A stretch of 64,000 bases of DNA, taken from assembly GCA_965214405.1 (NCBI GenBank), contig OZ243956.1:992001-1056000 (forward strand), written 5' to 3'. The stretch is from Trueperaceae bacterium. GTDB taxonomy: Bacteria > Deinococcota > Deinococci > Deinococcales > Trueperaceae. A model generated the notes under the pieces. The model made no database searches and was not told the DNA's origin. It worked only from the letters and a program-made list of their open reading frames with translations. The translations under genes were made by a program, and so were the position numbers. Positions 38,085-48,984 of the stretch are shown piece by piece. Every line of letters begins with the position of its first letter. Position 1 is the stretch's first letter.

Positions 38085-39557
38085 TTGCGCGCGATTCTCA
38101 AAGCCTCGGCCATCATGGGCGCAAGTTCGGTCGTCACGATAGCGCTCTCCATCGTGAGGCAAAAGTTTATCGCCGTGACGTTAGGCGCTGAGGGTGTGGG
38201 TCTGTTGGGGCTGCTGGTCACCGGGCTCACCCTGGCCGTCACCCTTTTTAGCGTCGGCCTAGCGAGCAGCGGCGTGCGCTACATTGCCAAAGCAAAAGAG
38301 GGAAGTGAGGCGGAGTTCTTGCATACCCGCAGCGCGCTCGTGTACGGGTCGCAACTTTTTGGCCTGCTCGGCGGCGCGCTGTTCGTCCTCTTCCGGGCGC
38401 CTTTGGCGGCGTTTATCCTTCACGACCCTACCAAGGCATCCTGGGTGGTGTGGCTCGGTGTGGCGCTGTGGGCGGCGGTCGCCTCGGGCGGGCAACTCGC
38501 GGTTATCAACGGTTTGCGCCGCATCGGCGACCTCGCCAAGGCCAACGTGTGGGGCGCGGCCTTGGGTACGGGCGCGGCCCTCGTCACCATCACGCTGTCG
38601 GGTGAGACTGGGTTGGTGGCGGCCATCGTCGCCCCGCCCTTGGCGACTTGGTTAGCCGCTTGGTGGCTTTCTAAAAACATACCTACAGCGCCGCTGGGAG
38701 CGTACCGCGCGCTGTGGCGGCCCCTACGCCGCATGGTGAGCCTCGGCGTCGTGTTTTCGGCGAGTTTGGTGCTGTCGGGCGTTGCGCAGTTCGCCTCGAG
38801 GCTCATCGTCCAGCGCGCGTTGGGGCTGGAGTCCGTGGGCTACTTTCAAGCCGCCTGGTCGGTGTCCAACGTTTACCTAAGTTTCGTGCTTACCGCCCTC
38901 GCCGCCGAATATTACCCGCGCATCAGCGCCCTGTCCGACGATAAAGCGCGCCTCAACAACGCTGTTGACACGCAAATAACCGTTGCGCTGCTCTTGGCCG
39001 GACCCGTCATTCTGGGGATGATCTTGTTTGCGCCCTGGGCCGTCACGCTGCTCTACTCGGACGCGTTTGGCGCGACCGTGGCTGTGTTGCGCTGGCAGCT
39101 CGTCGGCGACGTGCTAAAGGTGGCGGCTTGGGCGGTGGCGTTTTTGCTACTCGCCAGGGAAGCGCGCTGGCCGTATTTTGTTTCGGAACTCCTCTGGAGC
39201 GCGCTCTACGTCGCGGCGCTCTTTTTCCTCGTCCCTACTTACGGCCTTCCTGCGGCAGGGCTGCTGTACGCGCTCTGCTACGCGCTCTACCTGGGGCTGG
39301 TTGTCATGTGGGCGGGGCGCGCAACCGGCTTTAGGATGAGCGGGAACGTTTTGCGGCTTCTCGGGGTGACGCTGGGCTCGAGCATTCTCGTCACCTTCTT
39401 GGCCGCCACCGGCGTAGGGTCGCCAGGCTGGTTCATGGCTTTAGCCGTGACGCTTCTAACAAGCGCCTATTGCCTCTTTCGGCTTCAGCGCGAAACCGGC
39501 CTCGACGTGTCCGCGCTGCTGTCTAAAGTCAGTCGCCGCCGCACGCCTCAAAGCTGA
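38085..39557 (+). CDS. wzx: O-antigen translocase (Wzx)
   Basis: KFIAVTLGAEGVGLLG, GYFQAAW, WQLVGDVLK. Confidence 0.85.
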   Translation: MRAILKASAIMGASSVVTIALSIVRQKFIAVTLGAEGVGLLGLLVTGLTLAVTLFSVGLASSGVRYIAKAKEGSEAEFLHTRSALVYGSQLFGLLGGALFVLFRAPLAAFILHDPTKASWVVWLGVALWAAVASGGQLAVINGLRRIGDLAKANVWGAALGTGAALVTITLSGETGLVAAIVAPPLATWLAAWWLSKNIPTAPLGAYRALWRPLRRMVSLGVVFSASLVLSGVAQFASRLIVQRALGLESVGYFQAAWSVSNVYLSFVLTALAAEYYPRISALSDDKARLNNAVDTQITVALLLAGPVILGMILFAPWAVTLLYSDAFGATVAVLRWQLVGDVLKVAAWAVAFLLLAREARWPYFVSELLWSALYVAALFFLVPTYGLPAAGLLYALCYALYLGLVVMWAGRATGFRMSGNVLRLLGVTLGSSILVTFLAATGVGSPGWFMALAVTLLTSAYCLFRLQRETGLDVSALLSKVSRRRTPQS

Positions 39558-39584
39558 TAGACTGTCAAGAGGTACACTGAACCC

Positions 39585-40532
39585 ATGCTGAAAGTTTCCG
39601 TCGCCATTATTACCTATAACCAACGCGACCTTATCCCCGAAACGTTGCAGAGCGTGTTGACGCAAGATTACGATGATTTTGAGATCGTTGTGGCAGACGA
39701 CGGCTCCACAGACGGCAGCCAAGAATTGTTATTGGACTACCAACGCCGCCATCCAAATATCATCAAACTCGTTCTCTCGGAGCAAAACCAGGGTATTACC
39801 AAAAACTGCAACAAGGCTTTTTTTGCTTGTACGGGCGAATATATAGCGTGGCTCGGCGGCGACGACCTTTTTTATCCCGGCAAGTTAAAAGCGCAAGTCG
39901 CGGCTATGGAAGCGAACCGAGACTGTCCTCTTTGCCACCACGCGCTAAGAATGTTCGACTCCGACAGCGGCAAAACCTTAGCCATCATCGCCGCCAATCA
40001 CCCTCCCAAGAGGTCGCTTCAAGAGGTGTTGTGGGCGGGCCTGCGGATCGCCGCGTCATCCGTGATGGTGCGCCGCGCGTGCTGTCCTGCAGACGGATTT
40101 GATGAAACTATTCCAGTCGCTAGCGATTCTCTTTTTTGGCTCGAGACCTTGTATCACGGCCCCGCGCTCCACATCGGCGGCGTGTACGGCGGCTACCGTA
40201 AACACGCCGACAACGTAACCAACAAGTCACACATCGGCGATATGGAAAAGACGTACGCGAAAGTTCGCGCCGCCAAACCGGAGTTGGTGCGCTACGTCGA
40301 CCGGGCGCTGGCTATCAATTATTACGACGAGGGTGTCAAGCAGCTTCTAAGCTTGAACGACAGGACGGCGGCGCAAAAGAATTTCCGTAAGGCTCTCCTG
40401 ACCAGCCCGGGTTTAGTCACCGCCGCGCCTTGGCTACTCCTGACGCATCTAGGAGACAAAAACATCGCCGCGTTAAGGCGTCTCAGCAGGCGTCTCAAAC
40501 GCTCTAGAGGCCAGACGTATGCCGAAAGTTAG
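39585..40532 (+). CDS. Glycosyltransferase family 2
   Basis: VSVAIITYN, DDGSTD, GDD. Confidence 0.9.
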   Translation: MLKVSVAIITYNQRDLIPETLQSVLTQDYDDFEIVVADDGSTDGSQELLLDYQRRHPNIIKLVLSEQNQGITKNCNKAFFACTGEYIAWLGGDDLFYPGKLKAQVAAMEANRDCPLCHHALRMFDSDSGKTLAIIAANHPPKRSLQEVLWAGLRIAASSVMVRRACCPADGFDETIPVASDSLFWLETLYHGPALHIGGVYGGYRKHADNVTNKSHIGDMEKTYAKVRAAKPELVRYVDRALAINYYDEGVKQLLSLNDRTAAQKNFRKALLTSPGLVTAAPWLLLTHLGDKNIAALRRLSRRLKRSRGQTYAES

Positions 40533-41418
40533 CGTCGTACTGCCGACGTACAACCGGCTGGGCACCTTGGAGCGCGCGCTCGCGTCGGTGCTCGAGCAAA
40601 GCTACACGGATTTTGAAGTCATCGTTGTCGACGACTGCTCTACGGACGCTACCAGGGCTTACATCGAGGGGCTATCCGACGTCCGCGTCCGCTACTTTCG
40701 CCATGACGTCAATAGGGGTGCCTCGGCGGCCAGAAACACGGGCATAAAGGTTGCGCGAGGGTGCTACATAGGTTTTCAGGATAGTGACGACGTGTGGCTG
40801 CCCGACAAGTTGCGCGACCAACTCGAGTGTCTCGAGCGGAATCTATCTTTGGACATCGTTTTTACCAGTTTTGTCAAGCGCCACCCTGCGCGCGAACTCG
40901 TGATTCCGCCCGAAAGTGTAGCTAGCGCCGACATCGCAATCCGGCTTGCTCTCGGCAACTTCATCGGCACGCCCACAGTCGTTGCGCGGCGCTCTGTTTT
41001 GCTAAAGGGTGGCGGATTCGACACCAGTTTATGCAATCACGAAGATTGGGATTTGTGGCTCACCCTGGCGAGCGGTGGCGCTCAATTTTATCACTTGTCA
41101 GAGGTGCTTCTCGTTTCACCTCACTCCCCCGGCGGCGTCAGCGATGCCCAAGCTGTGCAGCTAGCCGAGGCATTCGAGCACATTTATCTCAAACACCAGG
41201 CTTTGTTTGAAACAGCCAAGGCCGCCGCAAGTATGAACTACCTGATCGGCAAGCTCTACAGCTTAGGCAAGCCCGGCAACCAACTGCGGGGGCGGACCTT
41301 TTTACGTCGCGCGTCGGCGCGGGCACCTTTCAACCCTAAGTACGCGCTATTTTTTTTGCTGAGCTTAGTAAATCACGATCTACCCAGACGTGTCAGCCGC
41401 CTCAGAGGGGAAAAATGA
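40519..41418 (+). CDS. Glycosyltransferase family 2
   Basis: VSVVLPTYN, DDCSTD, DSDD, EDWDLW. Confidence 0.92.
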   Translation: MPKVSVVLPTYNRLGTLERALASVLEQSYTDFEVIVVDDCSTDATRAYIEGLSDVRVRYFRHDVNRGASAARNTGIKVARGCYIGFQDSDDVWLPDKLRDQLECLERNLSLDIVFTSFVKRHPARELVIPPESVASADIAIRLALGNFIGTPTVVARRSVLLKGGGFDTSLCNHEDWDLWLTLASGGAQFYHLSEVLLVSPHSPGGVSDAQAVQLAEAFEHIYLKHQALFETAKAAASMNYLIGKLYSLGKPGNQLRGRTFLRRASARAPFNPKYALFFLLSLVNHDLPRRVSRLRGEK

Positions 41419-42488
41419 CTATTTCAAAGCGACAGGCTGCGCTCTCGTCAACTATGACACCATCAATAAATATAGCTGTGTCACCCCTACCCAAAGTGAC
41501 CATCATGATTCCGACCTACAATCAAGCCCGCGTGCTGCCGAGGGCGATCGAAAGTGCGCTGGCGCAAAGCCATCCCAACTTAGAGGTGGTCGTCGCGGAC
41601 GACGCCTCGACCGATGACACGGCGACAGTTATCTCACGCTACTGCCACGACGCGCGTCTAAAATACGTTTGCAACGAGCACAACCTGGGTAGGGTCGCCA
41701 ACTACCGAAGGTCACTTTACGAGCACGCCACGGGTGCCTGGACGCTCAACTTAGACGGCGACGACTATTTAACGGACACGGCTTTCATAAGTCAATCGCT
41801 AATCCAGCTTGCGAAGAACAAAGACGTGGTCCTCGTGGTTGGGGGCCAGCGCTTCTTGGAGCCGAACGGTCGCTACCGTGACCTCACGCCCACGTCTAAA
41901 GCCTACGAAGTTGTGTGCGGCGAAGCATTTTTTCTGAGCTGGAACAGGTCGACGTTTACCGTTCCCCACCTCGGCTCGCTATATAAACGAGAGGTGGCGC
42001 TTGAGCTTGGCTTTTATCAACAAGATATTCTTAGCTCCGATTGGGAATCGCTCCGGCGACTCATCTTGCAAGGCGAGGTGCTGCTGGTCGGCCGCGTGGT
42101 GGGAGTTTGGGTCGGACATGAGGAGAACACCTCGAAAAGCCTAAACTTGCAAGCGCATATCGACAATCTAAGAAGCATCACCGAACCGTACCGTTACGCT
42201 CTAAAGAGAGGTGTGGGCAAGCCCCGTTTACAAAAGTGGAGACTTCATGCACTTGCTGAGTATGCTGAAACCTACGTCAGTTTGTCGATAGGAACACGAA
42301 ATATAGGAAACGCCCGAAGATTTTTAGCCTACCTTAGACAGGTCTATCCGGACGCCTATCCTACGGCAGTAAGAAGAATCGCCTTCAACCCGAAGATCGT
42401 CGGCAAGCTTGTGCTGCTTTTGGGCAACCAAAGCCTGACTGACCGCGTGGAGACAGCGTGGCGCAGCCTAACCCGCAAAGGAGGCTAA
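41415..42488 (+). CDS. Glycosyltransferase family 2
   Basis: IPTYN, DDASTD, LDGDD. Confidence 0.9.
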   Translation: MTISKRQAALSSTMTPSINIAVSPLPKVTIMIPTYNQARVLPRAIESALAQSHPNLEVVVADDASTDDTATVISRYCHDARLKYVCNEHNLGRVANYRRSLYEHATGAWTLNLDGDDYLTDTAFISQSLIQLAKNKDVVLVVGGQRFLEPNGRYRDLTPTSKAYEVVCGEAFFLSWNRSTFTVPHLGSLYKREVALELGFYQQDILSSDWESLRRLILQGEVLLVGRVVGVWVGHEENTSKSLNLQAHIDNLRSITEPYRYALKRGVGKPRLQKWRLHALAEYAETYVSLSIGTRNIGNARRFLAYLRQVYPDAYPTAVRRIAFNPKIVGKLVLLLGNQSLTDRVETAWRSLTRKGG

Positions 42489-42489
42489 G

Positions 42490-43329
42490 GTGAGGTTCTC
42501 GCTCGTGCTAGCGACGCTACACCGCACCACCGAACTCACCGCTTTCTTGGAGTCCCTCGAGGCGCAGTGTTACAATGGTGTTGAACTTATTGTTGTAGAT
42601 CAGAATAAGGATGACCGTCTGGTGACGTTGCTCGAGCCCTTCAAACACGCTTTTCCCATTCTCCATCTCCGTTCCGCGTCGGGGCTTTCTAGAGCGCGCA
42701 ACGTGGGTCTTTGCTACGCAACGGGCGACGTTGTCGCCTTTCCCGATGACGACTGTCGGTACTCACCTATCTTGCTAGAGAACGTTGCCGCGTTTTTTGC
42801 AGAGCACCCAAATGTCGACGGCTTGACAGGCAGAGCTTTCGACGACCAGAGGCGAGTGAGCATCGGGCGTTTCGATGCTCAAACCGGCGCTATAGACAAG
42901 CTCAATGTATGGCGGCGCGGCATATCGTTCAGCATTTTTCTGCGCCGCCAAGCTCTCACCGGCGTGCGTTTTGACGAGACCTTGGGCGTAGGCGCGCGCT
43001 GGGGTTCCGGTGAGGAGACCGATCTTCTTTTGCAGGTTTTGGGGCGAGGTAACACCCTCGTCTACGACGCCGATCTTTCTGTTTTTCATCCTGCTCCCCC
43101 CAAAGGCTATGATGAGCAGCGGATACGCAAGGCCTATCTGTACGGCTGCGGGATGGGGCGCGTTCTAAAAAACCATGACTACCCCTTCTGGTTCAAGCTG
43201 CAGTCGCTCGTCCGCCCCGCTGGGGGCAGCTTATTATCCTTGTTTTCGCTGCGGGTGGCGAAAGCACGATATCACTGGAACGTTTTTAGGGGCCGGTGGT
43301 CAGGCTTCCGGGGAGCAAAAGGTAGCTGA
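42490..43329 (+). CDS. Glycosyltransferase family 2
   Basis: VVDQN, FPDDDC, GEETD. Confidence 0.9.
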   Translation: MRFSLVLATLHRTTELTAFLESLEAQCYNGVELIVVDQNKDDRLVTLLEPFKHAFPILHLRSASGLSRARNVGLCYATGDVVAFPDDDCRYSPILLENVAAFFAEHPNVDGLTGRAFDDQRRVSIGRFDAQTGAIDKLNVWRRGISFSIFLRRQALTGVRFDETLGVGARWGSGEETDLLLQVLGRGNTLVYDADLSVFHPAPPKGYDEQRIRKAYLYGCGMGRVLKNHDYPFWFKLQSLVRPAGGSLLSLFSLRVAKARYHWNVFRGRWSGFRGAKGS

Positions 43330-43599
43330 GATGAGGAAAGATGTCTCTTTCAAAGACGGTCAGCCAGGCACTATTCTAGTGCGGCAATTTTGGCAAAAAG
43401 CCTCTACTACCAGATGCTTTATGCCTATTCTGCCTCAGTATTTCCCTTAAAGAATTACATGTTTGACTCGACGTTAAAAGTTTGGCAACTTTTCAAAATC
43501 TAAAAAGCAAGGAGAAAAAATCTTTATGAAAGGGTATAGGTGGTTTCCAGCCGAAACTCAAACACGTTTCGACTTCATTACCTACTTGCGTAACAAACT

Positions 43600-44886
43600 G
43601 TGAAGAGGGTTTTTGCAAACGGACTAAATAAGCTAGATATTTATTTTGCTCTTTGGGCCCTTGTGCTTCCCATGACCTCTGTCCTTTTAGTTCCAAGTGT
43701 CCAGGGAACAACCCCCGCCTTTCTGTTTGCTTTTGCCTCCTTGCCCCTGACTATGATTTTGTCGCCTCACAAAGTAGGACGCGTCTTCTTGTATACACTT
43801 CTCATTTTTGGAAGTGTCATGCTTCTCAGCGCCACAAGTCAGTTCAGCTTGCTGCTAGTCCCCAATCTTAATATCAGCACCCTACAGCTTGTAAACAACG
43901 ACAGTGTGCAGCTTATCTTACGCTCGAGTCTCTTCACTCAGTCTCTTTACCTTGTACCCGGTGTCCTCACTTTCGCCTTTGTAGCTACTTTTTATCAGCC
44001 TACTTGGGATCGCTTTCTCTTTTGGGGTGCCTCCCTACTCGCACTTTACGGCCTTTACGAGTTCATTTTCTTTCTTGTGACCGGCCAAAACGGGGATTTT
44101 CTTAGTAATCGCATCTTTGACGGAGGTTTGTACACTTCGCAAGGCAGCCTCTTTCAAATTTCCAACATAGGTACCTTGCAAGTCATGCGTCTCAAAAGCT
44201 TGACTGGAGAACCTTCCATGTACGCTTTCACCATCCTGCCTTTCTGGATTCATGCCATTCATCGGCGTAAAACGGTTGTCCACCTTCTGCTACTCACGAC
44301 TCTTATCCTTACAACCTCCACGACTGCCATCTTGGGAGTCGCACTTTACTTACTTCTGCGGTTTGGGTATAGCAAACCGCTACGCCGTCTTATTTCTGGT
44401 TTTGCGGACAGGTATCTCTTTTGGTTTTTAGTGCTCGGAGTGGCTGGTACAATAGTTGCGTGGCCGATCGTTCAGAGAGTTCTTGCAGAGGCGGTCGTTG
44501 CCAAGCTAAGCCTGATAAACGATTCAGGTGCGACACGTTCCACCCTTTTTATAAACAGTATAAAGTTTTATGCTGACGCCCCTCTCCTCAACCAACTGTT
44601 TGGCATCGGCTTTGGTTACATACGCTCGACCGACTTTTCTTCAACCCTTTTGGTCAACACCGGAATTGTCGGCTTTTCTTTGTTTACCTTACTTTTTGCC
44701 CGTCCCATCTTGTCTCTTAACAACGACTACGTTTCAGTGGGCCTTAAAATCGCGCTTATCATCATCTATAGCACGATGATGATTGCCGTGCCGGAGTTTG
44801 CCTATCTACCGATCTGGCTTTTTTTGGGCGTAGCGTACCGGACGCTTCGGCAGCAAAGATTTAGACAGCAAAGACTCAGTTCATGA
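43600..44886 (+). CDS. Putative O-antigen polymerase (Wzy)
   Basis: Many TM segments, RLKSLTGEPS loop motif, markedly lower GC than neighbours. Confidence 0.7.
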   Translation: MKRVFANGLNKLDIYFALWALVLPMTSVLLVPSVQGTTPAFLFAFASLPLTMILSPHKVGRVFLYTLLIFGSVMLLSATSQFSLLLVPNLNISTLQLVNNDSVQLILRSSLFTQSLYLVPGVLTFAFVATFYQPTWDRFLFWGASLLALYGLYEFIFFLVTGQNGDFLSNRIFDGGLYTSQGSLFQISNIGTLQVMRLKSLTGEPSMYAFTILPFWIHAIHRRKTVVHLLLLTTLILTTSTTAILGVALYLLLRFGYSKPLRRLISGFADRYLFWFLVLGVAGTIVAWPIVQRVLAEAVVAKLSLINDSGATRSTLFINSIKFYADAPLLNQLFGIGFGYIRSTDFSSTLLVNTGIVGFSLFTLLFARPILSLNNDYVSVGLKIALIIIYSTMMIAVPEFAYLPIWLFLGVAYRTLRQQRFRQQRLSS

Positions 44887-45950
44887 AAATTTTTATCAAC
44901 GGCAGGTTTCTTACGCAGCCGGTGACCGGCGTGCAGCGCTACGCCATAGAACTTTCGAAACGTCTTAAAGAATGTTCAAACGATATCACCTTTCGTTTTT
45001 TGGCCCCCAACAATATCCTTCACCGCGACCTAGCCGAAACCTTGGGTGCCGAAGTTTGCGGTCGCCTCACGGGCCACGCCTGGGAACAGCTCGAGCTGCC
45101 CCTTTTTGCCCGCGGCGGCTTCTTAGTCAACCTTTGCAACACCGCGCCCGTGAGTAAGACGCGCCAAGTCGTTACGATTCACGACGCGGCGGTTTACGCG
45201 GTGCCTCAGGCTTACTCGAGAAGCTTTCGCACCCTCTACAAAACGCTGTTACCGACCTTATCGAGAACGGCCCAAAGCATCATGACCGTCTCAGAATTTT
45301 CAAAACGCGAGCTCATCCGCTACTGCGGGGTTCCGGAAGATAAAGTCACCGTCGTCTATTCCGGTAGAGAGCATATTTTTGCCCACGCGGCAGACACTGA
45401 GGTCTTTTCCAAACACGGCTTTGGCAACAGGCCTTTTTTATTGGCGGTCAGCAGCCTAAGCCCGAACAAAAATTTTATGGGCATCGTGCGGGCGCTCGAG
45501 CATCTCAGAAACCCCGATTTCGACGTGGTTATCGCAGGCGGCGTCAACCCGGCAGTTTTTAGCCAGCGCGCCGACTTCCTGCCTAAGAGCGTCAAACATT
45601 TAGGTTATGTGAGCGAGGGCGAGTTGAGAGCGCTTTACGAAGGGGCAACCGGCTTTGTCCATCCCGCTTTTTACGAAGGTTTCGGCCTCCCCCCCTTGGA
45701 GGCGATGGCCTGCGGGTGCCCGGTCATTGTCTCGAACGCCGCCTCTTTGCCCGAAGTCTGCGGCGACGCCGCTTTATACTGCGATCCTCACAGCCCACAG
45801 GACATAGCTGATAAAATTCAGCGGTTGATGTCCGACCCAGACCTGCGTGAAAAGTTGCGGCAGAAGGGGCTAAGGCGCGCTGAAAAGTTTAGTTGGAACG
45901 AATGCGCGGTGAGAACGCTCGCTGTTATCAAAGAAATGTTGAGCGCGTGA
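44883..45950 (+). CDS. Glycosyltransferase family 4
   Basis: NGRFL...[20 protein letters not shown]. Confidence 0.92.
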   Translation: MKIFINGRFLTQPVTGVQRYAIELSKRLKECSNDITFRFLAPNNILHRDLAETLGAEVCGRLTGHAWEQLELPLFARGGFLVNLCNTAPVSKTRQVVTIHDAAVYAVPQAYSRSFRTLYKTLLPTLSRTAQSIMTVSEFSKRELIRYCGVPEDKVTVVYSGREHIFAHAADTEVFSKHGFGNRPFLLAVSSLSPNKNFMGIVRALEHLRNPDFDVVIAGGVNPAVFSQRADFLPKSVKHLGYVSEGELRALYEGATGFVHPAFYEGFGLPPLEAMACGCPVIVSNAASLPEVCGDAALYCDPHSPQDIADKIQRLMSDPDLREKLRQKGLRRAEKFSWNECAVRTLAVIKEMLSA

Positions 45951-47101
45951 GGGTCGCTGTCGTCCACGACTGGCTCTACACCTATGCGGGCGCGGAACGC
46001 GTGCTCGAGCAAATCCTTGAGGTCTTTCCCCGAGCCGACCTTTTTAGCCTCATCGACTTCCTGCCGAACGACGAACGGGGATTTATTCAAAACAAAGCGG
46101 TTAAAACGTCTTTTATTCAGGCTCTCCCTTTCGCCGGGAGCAAACACAGGCTTTATCTGCCCCTGATGCCGCTGGCTATTGAGCGGCTTGACTTGTCAGA
46201 GTACGAGCTCATTATTTCTAGCGCTTACGCGGTGGCTAAGGGCGTTCTTACCTCGCCGGAGCAGCTCCATATCTGCTATTTGCACGCGAGGAACCTCAAA
46301 TATGCTTACGAAGACAGACGCATGTACAGCCAAAACAAATATATCGACTTTCTACAAGATGTGTTTCTGTCGCGTATTCGCCTCTGGGACAGCGTGGCCT
46401 CACGCAGACCGGACTTTACCATTGCCAATTCACACTATGTTTCGGCTTGGCACCTTCACCGGCATGGGGTAAAGAGCACCGTTATCTATCCTCCCGTCGA
46501 GGTCGAACATTACAGCAGCCATTTTAGAGCGGAAAAAGAGGATTACTACGTGACGGTAGGGCGCCTGGAGCCTTATAAACGCATAGACATGGTCGTTTCT
46601 GCTTTTAACGAGCTTGGTAAGACCTTACTCGTTTTGGGCGACGGCTCCGAAAGGCGACGCTTGGAAACCCTCGCAGCCCCTAACGTGACTTTTTTAGGCT
46701 ACTGTGACAGGGAAACCATCGCCAGCGTGACCGCTGGGGCCAAAGCGTTTGTCTTCGCTTCGCGTGAGGACTTTGGCATCGCGCCTGTCGAAGCGCAAGC
46801 CTGTGGCACGCCGGTCATTGCCTATGGCAAGGGGGGAGCACTCGAGACCGTCCAAGGGCTCGGGACAGAACGTCCAACCGGCGTCTTTTTCCCCTCGCAA
46901 ACGTCTGCGGCCATCAAAGAGGCTATAGAAACATTTGAACGCAGCGCAGCGCGCTTTGACCCGGAGAGGATTTCTAACCACGCTCAGGCTTTTAGCGAAG
47001 CGCGCTTTCGGCGTGAATTTGAGGCTTTTGTGACCGAGTGCTGGCGAGGGTTTCAAACCCAGACAGAGACTCATAGTGCGCCTCACGTCACGCAGAGCTA
47101 A
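45947..47101 (+). CDS. Glycosyltransferase family 4 (WbaZ-like)
   Basis: VHDWL..YAGAERV, EDFGIAPVEAQACG. Confidence 0.92.
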   Translation: MRVAVVHDWLYTYAGAERVLEQILEVFPRADLFSLIDFLPNDERGFIQNKAVKTSFIQALPFAGSKHRLYLPLMPLAIERLDLSEYELIISSAYAVAKGVLTSPEQLHICYLHARNLKYAYEDRRMYSQNKYIDFLQDVFLSRIRLWDSVASRRPDFTIANSHYVSAWHLHRHGVKSTVIYPPVEVEHYSSHFRAEKEDYYVTVGRLEPYKRIDMVVSAFNELGKTLLVLGDGSERRRLETLAAPNVTFLGYCDRETIASVTAGAKAFVFASREDFGIAPVEAQACGTPVIAYGKGGALETVQGLGTERPTGVFFPSQTSAAIKEAIETFERSAARFDPERISNHAQAFSEARFRREFEAFVTECWRGFQTQTETHSAPHVTQS

Positions 47102-47106
47102 ACACT

Positions 47107-48927
47107 GTGCGCTCACGCTTATTGCGCCTACACCTAAAAAAGTCATGGCTCTGGCTCTGGCTGCTCCCGGCTTTCGTCTTGACGGCGAGCCACGTTGCCG
47201 AAGCTCGCTGGCACGCGGCTTATGAGGTGGCGGGGCAGTTCGTTTTGGCGCTCGCGGTGAGCGCGCTGGTTGTGCCCGTCAGGGTGCTACGCCCCGCGCT
47301 CGTCGCTGTACTTATTTTTTTCCTTCTTGCGGCGGTTTCGGGTCCCCTCCTGGCCTCGCGCGTTTGGCAAGACCCGCAGGCGCTCAGCCTCACGGACGTA
47401 GCAGCGAATCTTAGGCACAACGTAGTGACCACCTTAGCCTTGCGCTCATGGATGTTACCCGCAGGTGTAGAGAGGCTCGAGCTCTCCTTCGAAGCGCGCC
47501 TTGCCAAAGGAGCGTTGGGTTGGGACTGGTTTCGCTCATCGGGCGGGTTTGAACTCACGCCTTTGGAAGAAAACGGCACCCCATTTACACGCGTCGTCAC
47601 GCCGCGCGGGGTCGACCCTTATCTCATGCGGACATTTGACTTAGGTAGCCCAGCGGGCGGTAGAACATTTAAGGTCGAGCTCGAGATGCGTTCACCCAGC
47701 CCCATCCCGGCAGAAGGGTGTCGGGGGACTTGGTTGCAAACCTGGGGTCCCGGCGGTGACGCAGCGTGTAAAGCCGCAAACCTCGGTCCCGGCTGGCGTT
47801 CGATTGAACTCACATGGACCGCCCCGGCAGCCTCGGAATCGTCTATCATTCGCATTGTCCTGAACGATTTCGACGGTCTGAGTTATGACGTGCGCAACGT
47901 TAAACTTTATGAGCTTACGGGTGGACGCGAGAGGAGGCTCGAGCCCACACTCCAAGAAGTCGCAGATTTAGCCGTAAATTGGGGCGAGACCGAACCCAAC
48001 GTAGGGCGATGGTTCGTCCCAACGAACGAGTGGCAGACCTTTAACTTTTTGCTCGAGCCTCCCCGGAACGCGTCTTCTTTGCAGGCGCTCCTTCTCTTGG
48101 GAAGCACGCAGAGTTTGGGCACGCAGGTCGAGGTGCGGGGTACAAAACTCGAGAACGCGAACGGGCCGCAGCCCATACCCGTTCCCACCTACCCCCGCGC
48201 TCAACTCTGGTTCAGCCATCCCAATCTGGCGGCCCACACGCTTCTGAGCCTGGTTTTGGCAACGCTCGTAACGACAAGTTCGCTCGGCCTCACGCTCGTC
48301 GTCTCGAGCCTGGCGGCGTTCACGGTCGTTTTAATTCGCTCCAGGGCCGCCTGGCTCGCTTTGCTACTGGGGGCGGGCTGGTTCTCTTTTCTTACGCCCC
48401 CCCTCACATCCCGGCGGCGGCTGGGCGTGCTTCTCGCCGTGGTTATTTTGATAGGCGCGGGCATCTTCAGCGTGAACAGCTTTAGAAGCGGCGTTTTCGC
48501 CAACCGCACGGGGACGAGTCGGCTCGAGATTTGGGGGGTCGCCGCGAACGCGCTTCTTGATCATCCCTGGGCAGGCGTTGGCCGGGCCAACTTCACCGGA
48601 TATTGGCAGGAGGCGTATCAAGGGAGCAGTCAAGAACTTGTGACCCACGCGCACAACCTCTGGCTCCAATTCGCCGCCGCCTACGGCCTCCCCGGCCTCG
48701 CCGCTATTTTGTGGCTCACCGGAGGTTTTCTCACTCTCGCTTGGACCTGGGGCCGCTGGCGCGGTCTCGCTCTCGTCGTCCCAGTTTTCGTCATGAACAT
48801 TTTTGACTACACTTTTTTCTACTCCGGCGTCCTCTTCCCGCTCCTCTTGGGCATGAACGCGCTCCGGGAAGAACGCGCGAACACTTTACAGGCCGCCGCG
48901 CCCCCTCCGGCTACAGAAAAGGCATAA
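47107..48927 (+). CDS. O-antigen ligase-like (Wzy_C) protein with a large beta-rich soluble insert
   Basis: SRAAWLA, RLEIW...HPWAGVG, HAHNLWLQ. Confidence 0.8.
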   Translation: MRSRLLRLHLKKSWLWLWLLPAFVLTASHVAEARWHAAYEVAGQFVLALAVSALVVPVRVLRPALVAVLIFFLLAAVSGPLLASRVWQDPQALSLTDVAANLRHNVVTTLALRSWMLPAGVERLELSFEARLAKGALGWDWFRSSGGFELTPLEENGTPFTRVVTPRGVDPYLMRTFDLGSPAGGRTFKVELEMRSPSPIPAEGCRGTWLQTWGPGGDAACKAANLGPGWRSIELTWTAPAASESSIIRIVLNDFDGLSYDVRNVKLYELTGGRERRLEPTLQEVADLAVNWGETEPNVGRWFVPTNEWQTFNFLLEPPRNASSLQALLLLGSTQSLGTQVEVRGTKLENANGPQPIPVPTYPRAQLWFSHPNLAAHTLLSLVLATLVTTSSLGLTLVVSSLAAFTVVLIRSRAAWLALLLGAGWFSFLTPPLTSRRRLGVLLAVVILIGAGIFSVNSFRSGVFANRTGTSRLEIWGVAANALLDHPWAGVGRANFTGYWQEAYQGSSQELVTHAHNLWLQFAAAYGLPGLAAILWLTGGFLTLAWTWGRWRGLALVVPVFVMNIFDYTFFYSGVLFPLLLGMNALREERANTLQAAAPPPATEKA

Positions 48928-48984
48928 TGGGATGCGTTGCGAGGGTAGCACATGACGACTTTGGGTAATCACTTTGGGTAATTC

